Below, in pieces: positions 56,451 to 63,005 of a stretch of DNA of 63,005 bases (the stretch's first letter is position 1; each line of letters begins with the position of its first letter). A program made the position numbers and the translations under genes. The DNA comes from an uncultured Bdellovibrionales bacterium (GTDB taxonomy: Bacteria > Patescibacteriota > Minisyncoccia > Moranbacterales > DUUL01). A model generated the notes under the pieces. It saw only the letters and a list, made by a program, of their open reading frames with translations. It had not been told where the DNA came from and did no database searches. The stretch spans positions 1 through 63,005 of the forward strand of contig CAYQVD010000006.1 in assembly GCA_964421125.1 (NCBI GenBank), in the 5' to 3' direction.

Positions 56451-57110
56451 ATGGCTCAAAAAGTCGAAGGCAACTTGTATGAAAGTATTACAGGTCAACT
56501 CTTTGAGATTGGCCGACAACTTCGTCAAAAAGGAGGCTATCCTTTTAATCCCGAAATGCTTCAAATATATCTTCAGGGGGCGGTTGAGGGGAAGTTTATT
56601 TTCGGTGATTCAAAATCAATTTCCACCGACAAGCCTTTTAATCCAGCCAAATTTATCGATGAAGGCTGGACAATTTGGAAGGGATCGATCGACGGTGACG
56701 GGTTGTCTGGGGAGGAAGACGTTGACCCTCGTTCGTTGGAACTGGCTGAAGTTGATCTCGCCAAATTTGTTTTCGAGACTTGTCTCGAAAAAAATGAAAC
56801 TTCAATTTCTGGTGAGGAAAAACTTCTCCGACTGAAAGAAAAATCGGAGTTTATTCGATTCGGTGCCAATGTTTTTCTTGGGCTGCGGGAAGACTATCAG
56901 GCCAAAAAAGAAAACAGCGTGTTAGAATGGTTATATCGGAATCATAAAATTACTTTTATGGATTTTCCGGGAACAGTTCTTCGCGATCCGGACGGCGACC
57001 GTCACGTACTCTGTCTTTTTCGGAATGATGGTGGCGAGTGGGACTGGGGCTATGATTGGCTCGGCTGTCAGTGTAATTCCGACAGTCCTTCCGTCGGTTG
57101 CGCAAATTAG
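56451..57110 (+). CDS. DGR target (variable) protein with no signal peptide; the C-terminal ~45 aa are the variable region
   Basis: ATG 56451 is preceded by aaggag at 7 nt (the track start 56433 is also possible). The C-terminus ...[43 protein letters not shown] aligns to the template repeat. Confidence 0.8.
   Translation: MAQKVEGNLYESITGQLFEIGRQLRQKGGYPFNPEMLQIYLQGAVEGKFIFGDSKSISTDKPFNPAKFIDEGWTIWKGSIDGDGLSGEEDVDPRSLELAEVDLAKFVFETCLEKNETSISGEEKLLRLKEKSEFIRFGANVFLGLREDYQAKKENSVLEWLYRNHKITFMDFPGTVLRDPDGDRHVLCLFRNDGGEWDWGYDWLGCQCNSDSPSVGCAN
56973..57107 (+). repeat. DGR variable region (VR)
   Basis: 135-nt alignment with 57519-57653. There are 11 mismatches, each at a TR adenine. The 3' ~40 nt are identical (IMH-like) and contain the hairpin ccgac-agtccttcc-gtcgg. 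Confidence 0.9.
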
Positions 57111-57210
57111 TTCTAAGATCTCGGAACCTTAGTTTTTTGAACTTTAATTCTTTGTCCTTTTTCGCGAAATTTTTTTCGCAACGCTTTCCAAATTGTGCGG
57201 ATACAATTTG

Positions 57211-57244
57211 GAACTTCATATAAAAATATATGAAGTTTTTTTAT
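57211..57244 (+). terminator. Rho-independent terminator between the target gene and TR
   Basis: aacttcatat-aaaaat-atatgaagtt followed by a T-run. Confidence 0.75.
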
Positions 57245-57518
57245 TTTATGTTAAAATAAAAAATGGAAGTAGGTAAATATGCAAGCGACTAAGGTTTTTT
57301 GCTACCGAAACTAGTATCCATATAATCCGGAGTATCCACGATCAAGGTTTTGGATAGTGTGATATATGTAGACCCGCCTGCAAAGTTATGCGTAGCATTG
57401 CGGGCAGGAACTTTCAAAAAATGAAGATACTTGGTGTAAGATATTAGGGTATTTTAGATATCGAATAAAATTCAACCTTGAGAGTATTCGAAAGGTGGTG
57501 GTATGGAAAATATTTTAT

Positions 57519-57653
57519 ACAATTCTTCGCAATCCGAACGGCAACCGTCACGTACTCTATCTTTATCGGAATGATGGTGGCGAGTGGGACTGGAACTATA
57601 ATTGGCTCGACTATCAGTGTAATTCCGACAGTCCTTCCGTCGGTTGCGCAAAT
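57519..57653 (+). repeat. DGR template repeat (TR)
   Basis: Non-coding copy of VR with A at all 11 mismatched positions. AAY codons (AAT/AAC) occupy the variable sites. Confidence 0.9.
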
Positions 57654-57671
57654 CTCTTCATTTCTCTCTCG

Positions 57672-58049
57672 TTATTTTTTATCAGGAGAGTTTTTCTTTA
57701 CAAGACTTCCATGCCAACCTCCCAGATTTCTGCCAATCTCATTCAACTTTTCAGAAAGTTGAATATATTTTTTATTATCTAAGGATTTGGTTTCCCAAAG
57801 AATATTGAGAAATATTTTCAATACATCAGATTTGCGAATAGCTAGTTTGACATATGGTATTTTTTCTTCTGGTTTTAAAAAAGTGGCAATAGCTACTGAT
57901 TCGATAATTTCGGTAAAATATTTATCTATTTTTTGTCCAAGATTGAATCTATGTTCTTTGGGTAAAATCCTATAATACTCATGCCATAGAAGATAAAGAC
58001 TTTTTATTTTTTCAAAAACTGCTGGCAAATTTTGGGTGTGGGTAATCAT
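57672..58049 (-). CDS. avd: DGR accessory variability determinant (Avd; four-helix-bundle, 23S rRNA IVS protein family)
   Basis: 125 aa of helical pattern. LPKEHRFNLGQKI and the C-terminal EIGRNLGGW, which resembles the EVGRILGSW end of the Bordetella phage Avd. Confidence 0.75.
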   Translation of the reverse strand: MITHTQNLPAVFEKIKSLYLLWHEYYRILPKEHRFNLGQKIDKYFTEIIESVAIATFLKPEEKIPYVKLAIRKSDVLKIFLNILWETKSLDNKKYIQLSEKLNEIGRNLGGWHGSLVKKNSPDKK

Positions 58050-58065
58050 ACTTGTAAAATTAAAA

Positions 58066-59088
58066 ATGAAAAAACAGTTTAGTGGAAACTATAATGATAT
58101 TAGTTGTTTAGAAAATCTACTTTTAGCGTGGAAAGAGTTTGTCTGCGGAAAAAAGAATAAAAAAGATGTGCAAGAATTTTCTTTTCGTCTGATGGATAAT
58201 ATTTTTTTGCTTCATAGCGAACTTTCTAATCATACCTACAATCATGGTGGCTATCAAGCTTTTAAAATTAATGATTCAAAACCAAGAGATATTCACAAAG
58301 CGAAAGTCAGAGATAGATTATTACATCATGCGATTTATCGAAAACTATATCCATTTTTTGACAAAACTTTTATTTCTGATTCATATTCTTGTCGAAACAA
58401 CAAAGGCACACATAAAGCGATTAATAAGTTTCAAGAATATTTTTACAAAGTTAGTCAAAACAATACTAATACTTGCTGGGTTTTGAAGGGTGATATCAGA
58501 AAATTCTTTGCTAGCATTGATCAGGAAATTCTAATCAAAATATTACAAGAATATATTCTGGATGAAAATATTTTGAAACTTTTAGAGGATGTTATTGGAA
58601 GTTTTTCATCAAGAAGGAATAAGGGTGTTGGACTGCCACTTGGTAATCTTACTTCTCAGTTATTTGTGAATATTTATATGAATAAATTTGATCAGTTTGT
58701 GAAACACAAACTGAAAGAAAAATATTATATTCGTTATGCGGATGATTTCGTTATTTTGTCAGAAGATAAAAGAGCGTTAGAAGATTTAACGGAGGAAATA
58801 AAAGAGTTTCTTTGGAATAAGCTAAAATTAGAATTGCATCCGAATAAAGTGTCTATCAAAACATTTTCTTCCGGCATTGATTTCTTGGGAATGGTTAATT
58901 TTCCAGATCATAAAATTTTGAGAACAAAAACTAAAAAACGAATGTTTAACAAGGTTTTTAAAAATAAAAAGTTATTGCAAAAAGAAATGATTTTTGAAGA
59001 AAAATTTAATCAAAGTCTGCAGTCATATTTGGGAAATCTGAAGCATTGTAGTGGATATAAGATTGGGAAGGAAATTGATGGTATTTAA
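58066..59088 (+). CDS. DGR reverse transcriptase
   Basis: YADD catalytic box (IRYADDFVIL) and LPLGNLTSQLFVNIY, the [LIV]GxxxSQ motif that distinguishes DGR RTs from group II intron and retron RTs. ATG 58066 is preferred over GTG 58036. Confidence 0.85.
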   Translation: MKKQFSGNYNDISCLENLLLAWKEFVCGKKNKKDVQEFSFRLMDNIFLLHSELSNHTYNHGGYQAFKINDSKPRDIHKAKVRDRLLHHAIYRKLYPFFDKTFISDSYSCRNNKGTHKAINKFQEYFYKVSQNNTNTCWVLKGDIRKFFASIDQEILIKILQEYILDENILKLLEDVIGSFSSRRNKGVGLPLGNLTSQLFVNIYMNKFDQFVKHKLKEKYYIRYADDFVILSEDKRALEDLTEEIKEFLWNKLKLELHPNKVSIKTFSSGIDFLGMVNFPDHKILRTKTKKRMFNKVFKNKKLLQKEMIFEEKFNQSLQSYLGNLKHCSGYKIGKEIDGI

Positions 59089-59184
59089 GGAGTTTTTTTG
59101 TTTAAATATACTTAATAAAATTATGAAGATTTTTAAATTTAAACTTTTAACTAGCAACTAACAACTAGTAACTAATTAAGGCGC

Positions 59185-59212
59185 TTGACAATGTTTTTAG
59201 AAGTGCTATATT
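59185..59212 (+). promoter_or_regulatory. Candidate sigma-70 promoter upstream of the 23S rRNA gene
   Basis: TTGACA-16 nt-TATATT. Confidence 0.5.
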
Positions 59213-61740
59213 TTACATTGAAGTTTGACAAGTGAAAGGGGAATGAGATTTACGTCTCTAACTAAAAACATTTTTCACAATCAAATTAAAGTAACCAATT
59301 AATGGTAAGAGATTACAAAAAATCAAAATCCAAAACATAAGCGATTAACAAAATGTTAAGTGTTAGTTAATATCGCTTTGAAGGCGATTTTTTGTTTCTA
59401 AAATATTAAGAGTCCATTCCAAATTCTATTTTCTACTGCAATTTCCAAATTTAAGTTACAAGAAGTTCACCACTCGTCAACAGATTTCCGATATGCTTCT
59501 TCGTGCTTCATCTCTCTCGCTTTAAATTTGAAAATTTCGTAACGAAATAGAATTCAAAATAAACTCTTTGAAAGAAGTTATCTAATAAGAATTTTATTGA
59601 TTTTCTTTAGATGATTTCTTGGGATTGCTTAACGGCAATTTCTGGAGTCGGGAACTTTGAAAACAGAATATTGATGTAGTAAAAAGTTAATGGCAATTTC
59701 AATTGTATATAGCGCAAATAATTTAGATTTATTAATCTTTGTTATTTGCTAGTCGAAAAAAAATGCGGTAATAAAATACTCAATTAACGCGCATGGTGGA
59801 TGCCTTGACTGAAGCAAGCGAAGAAGGACGTGGAAGTCTGCGATAAGCCTCGGGGAGATGACAAACAATCTTTGATCCGGGGATTTCCGAATGCGGCAAC
59901 GCAATAGAGTGAACCTCTATTACTTTTGTTTTTTATTAAACAAGAGGGCAAACCCGGGGAACTGAAACATCTTAGTACCCGGAGGAAAAGAAATCGAAGA
60001 GATTCCCTCAGTAGTGGCGAGCGAAAGGGGAGAAGCCTAAACCGACACTTCGGTGTCGGGGTTGCGAGGCAATTATTCCTATTTAATTAGGGCGAACAAC
60101 ATTATTTTTAGTTTAACATCCTTGGAAAGGGAGACCATAGAAGGTAATAGTCCTGTAAGCGAAAAAGATAATACTTTGCAGTAATTGTTCTCAAGTAGGG
60201 CGGGGCCGGAGAAACCCTGTCTGAATCCGGGATCACTATAATTCCAAGGCTAAATATTGCTTCAGATCGATAGCGAACTAGTACCGTGAGGGAAAGGTTA
60301 AAAGAACCCCGATAAGGGGAGTGAAATAGATCCTGAAACCATGTGCTTACAAAGAGTCGGAGTCCTGCTTGCAGGATGACGGCGTGCTTTTTGCAGAACG
60401 AGCCAACGAGTTAGTTTTATACGGCTTGCTTAATTCCGTTAAAATGGAAGAAGGCGTAGTGAAAGCGAGGCTTAACCGCCGAATATGTCGTATGAACTAG
60501 ACCCGAATCCGGACGAGCTACACATGAGCAGGGTGAATCTCAAGTAACATTGAGAGGAGGCCCGAACCCACGCGTCGTTCAACTCGCGGGGATGACTTGT
60601 GTGTAGAGGAGAAATTCCAATCGAGTCCGGCAATAGCTGGTTCTTTCCGAAATAGCTTTAGGGCTAGCGTCAAGCAACTATTAATGAGAGGTAGAGCTAC
60701 TGAATGAATAATCGGGCTATGCCTAGATTATTCAACCAAACTCCGAATGCTCATTAAATTATCTTGGCAGTCAGAACTTGGGCTCTAAGGTCCAAGCTCA
60801 AAAGGGAAACAGCCCAGATCACAATCTAAGGTCCCTAAATTCATACTAAGTGGGAAAGGTAGTGAAACTACTAAAACAGCTAGAAGGTTGGCTTAGAAGC
60901 AGCCATCCTTTAAAGAGTGCGTAACAGCTCACTAGTCTAGTGGTTTTGCATCGAAAATGTAACGGGGCTAAGTATGGTACCGAAGATGTGGATTCTTCAC
61001 CTATTTATAGGTGTGGAATGGTAGGAAAGCGTTCTATGCGCACTGAAGCCTAAGGCGTGAGCCAAGGTGGAGTTCATAGAAGTGAGAATGTTGGCATGAG
61101 TAATCGCAATATAAGTGAGATTCTTATACACCGAAAGTCTAAGGTTTCCTGGGCTATGATAATCATCCCAGGGTTAGTCGGTCCTAAGGCAAGTCCCTGT
61201 TTCGATGGGGGGTAGTCGATGGACAATAGGTTAATATTCCTATACTACTATATTATTCGATGGAGTGACGTATTTTAGTAATCTTTGCCGGTTATTGGAT
61301 TCCGGTAGGGGTATTGAGGGTGTTGAATTGGTAAATCCGTCAACATAAGCCCAAGATACCACTGGAATTTCCGTTTCGGCGGAAAAAACAAAGATGAGCA
61401 GAATACCTGGAAAAGCTTCTAAGGTTAATGATATAGTAACCGTACCAAAACCAACACAGGTAGACAGGGCGAGTAGCCCAAGGTGAATGGGAGAACCCTC
61501 GTTAAGGAACTCGGCAAAACAGCGACCGTAACTTAGGGATATGGTCTGCCCATGTTTAAATACATGGGCCGCAGCTAAAGATGCCTGGCGACTGTTTACC
61601 AAAAACACAGCTCTCTGCAAACCCGTAAGGGGAAGTATAGGGGGTGACGCCTGACCAGTGCCGGAACGTTAACGGGAGCGATGCAAGTCAATCCCCGAAG
61701 CGCCGGTGAACGTCAGCGATAACTATAATCGTTCTAAGGT

Positions 61741-62102
61741 TGAGATTATTCGTTTCGAGTAATTTCAAAGACTGGAACGATTATGGTGGGTAAATAGAAT
61801 CCTTACAAACAAGTCTTTAAAAGGAATAGTAACTGTCTATTATGTAATAGTTTACATAATGTCTCAAAATATTCAGCCGTATGCTGGAAAATCTGGAGTA
61901 TCTGCTAGTACTATGGTGTAATTATTTATAATTGCATTTCAAGTTAAAATCTATGCAGTGTTCTAATGTTTAGTGCCAGACAATCAGCAGGAAAGACTAA
62001 GATTTATTTCTTGGAATCCTCAGAGACTGAACGCTGAACTTTGACACAAGGTCGGAGAAGTTACAGTCCGTTCTCTATGGCGACATAGAGCTAACACAAA
62101 AG
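61741..62102 (+). other. 362-nt intron-like insertion in 23S domain IV (E. coli ~1917 site); group I intron candidate without an ORF
   Basis: It interrupts the universal ...ctaaggT | AGCGAAATTCCTTGTCGGGTAA... block. The upstream exon ends in T and the insert ends in G. Confidence 0.6.
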
Positions 62103-62380
62103 AGCGAAATTCCTTGTCGGGTAAATTCCGACCCGCATTAAAGGCGTAACGACTGGGCAACTGTCTCAACGAGGGACCCAATGAAATTGCAGTGGGGGTA
62201 AAGATGCCCCCTACCTACGGCAAGACGAAAAGACCCCGTGGAGCTTTACTACAACTTGGCATTGTGTTTGAGATTATATTGCCGAGCATAGGTGGGAGAC
62301 TTTGAAGTTTCGATTCTGGTCGAGATGGAGTCACCAGTGGAATACCACCCTATATGCTTTTAAACACTAACCTTGGTCTG

Positions 62381-62601
62381 TTATTTGGACTTTTTGGTTG
62401 ACAATTCAAGTTGAGTAGTAGAGATTTTCACTTAAATATACATTAGGTATATTTTGAATATGTGATATGCACATATTTTGTAACAGTGTTTTCAAGAGTT
62501 TGTTTATAAATTTCTCTTTGAGCAAGAGACTATTAGCATAAATAAACTTTAACACTCAATTTGTATTGTTGATCTAAATCAAAAAGAAAGAGTCTAAATA
62601 C
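62381..62601 (+). other. ~220-nt AT-rich helix expansion or intervening sequence in 23S domain V
   Basis: It lies between ccttggtctg and cagaccagg, where E. coli has a short hairpin (GACCCGTAATCCGGGTT). The arms ttatttggact.../...agtctaaata extend the helix. Confidence 0.6.
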
Positions 62602-62905
62602 CAGACCAGGAACAGTGCCTGGTGGGTAGTTTGACTGGGGCGGTCACCTCCCAAACAGTAACGGAGGTGCTCACAAAGGTTGGCTAGTTCCGGATGGAAA
62701 TCGGAACGATAGGACAAAACCATAAGCCAGCTTTACTGCAAGACTTATCAGTCGAGCAGTTGCGAAAGCAGGATTTAGTGAACCGACTGTCACTTATAGG
62801 AGTGCAGAAGATCAACAGATAAAAGTTACCCCGGGGATAACAGGCTAATAGCGCCCAATAGTTCACATAGACGGCGCTGTTTGGCACCTCGATGTCGGCT
62901 CATCT

Positions 62906-62936
<31 letters not shown>

Positions 62937-63005
62937 TGGCTGTTCGCCAATTAAAGAGGTACGCGAGCTGGGTTCAAACCGTCGTAAGACAGGTTGGTCT
63001 CTATC

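Noticed and set aside
56446-56869. Overlapping alternative-frame ORFs (129 aa plus strand, 98 aa minus strand) within the DGR target gene
   Set aside because: They are shorter than the main frame and fully nested in it. The main frame carries the VR in register with TR codons.
57478-57782. Two plus-strand ORFs (94 and 95 aa) whose product resembles the C-terminus of the DGR target
   Set aside because: This is the DGR template repeat. The resemblance exists because TR is a copy of VR. TR is expected to act as RNA, and the ORFs have no convincing start context.
61240-61620. 126-aa minus-strand ORF, plus a 67-aa ORF at 62684..62887
   Set aside because: Both lie entirely inside conserved 23S rRNA sequence, so they are spurious.

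Overview
AT-rich bacterial chromosome segment read with the standard genetic code: TGA, TAA and TAG all terminate intact ORFs. The gene content suggests a Patescibacteria/CPR-type organism, but this is an inference with no database search behind it. The supporting content is a competence-type type IV pilus locus with many pilins, ComFC, a diversity-generating retroelement, and a 23S rRNA gene that has its own promoter, no upstream 16S and internal insertions.

Layout:
- (1) 1-21.7 kb: an accessory island next to tRNA-Ser(GCU). Two large serine recombinases on the + strand bracket a block of genes that are all on the - strand. The block holds ParB-methyltransferase, a methyltransferase, small and large terminase-like genes, a type I R-M operon with an ABC-ATPase/TOPRIM-like gene embedded between hsdM and hsdS, a DUF45 metallohydrolase, and a Zn-ribbon protein / large SF1 helicase / unknown-protein module.
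- (2) 21.9-25.4 kb: comFC and a Clp/Hsp100 ATPase.
- (3) 25.6-38.5 kb: pilMNO-pilB-receiver-pilT-pilC-pilin-pilD, several minor pilins and a PilX-like beta-propeller protein.
- (4) 38.6-50.7 kb: housekeeping genes (lemA, htpX, pyk, tRNA-Ser(GGA)) interleaved with a dispersed palindromic repeat family, a GIY-YIG gene bracketed by two copies of it, leftover htpX 3' ends, and three tandem secreted-protein cassettes with DNA-level conserved ends.
- (5) 50.7-54.0 kb: dnaG and rpoD.
- (6) 56.3-59.1 kb: a complete DGR (target with VR, TR, Avd, RT). All 11 VR/TR mismatches fall on TR adenines.
- (7) 59.8 kb to the window end: a partial 23S rRNA gene carrying a 362-nt intron-like insertion and a ~220-nt AT-rich helix expansion.

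All functional calls come from motifs read in the supplied translations and from manual alignment. No homology search, RNA folding or covariance model was run.
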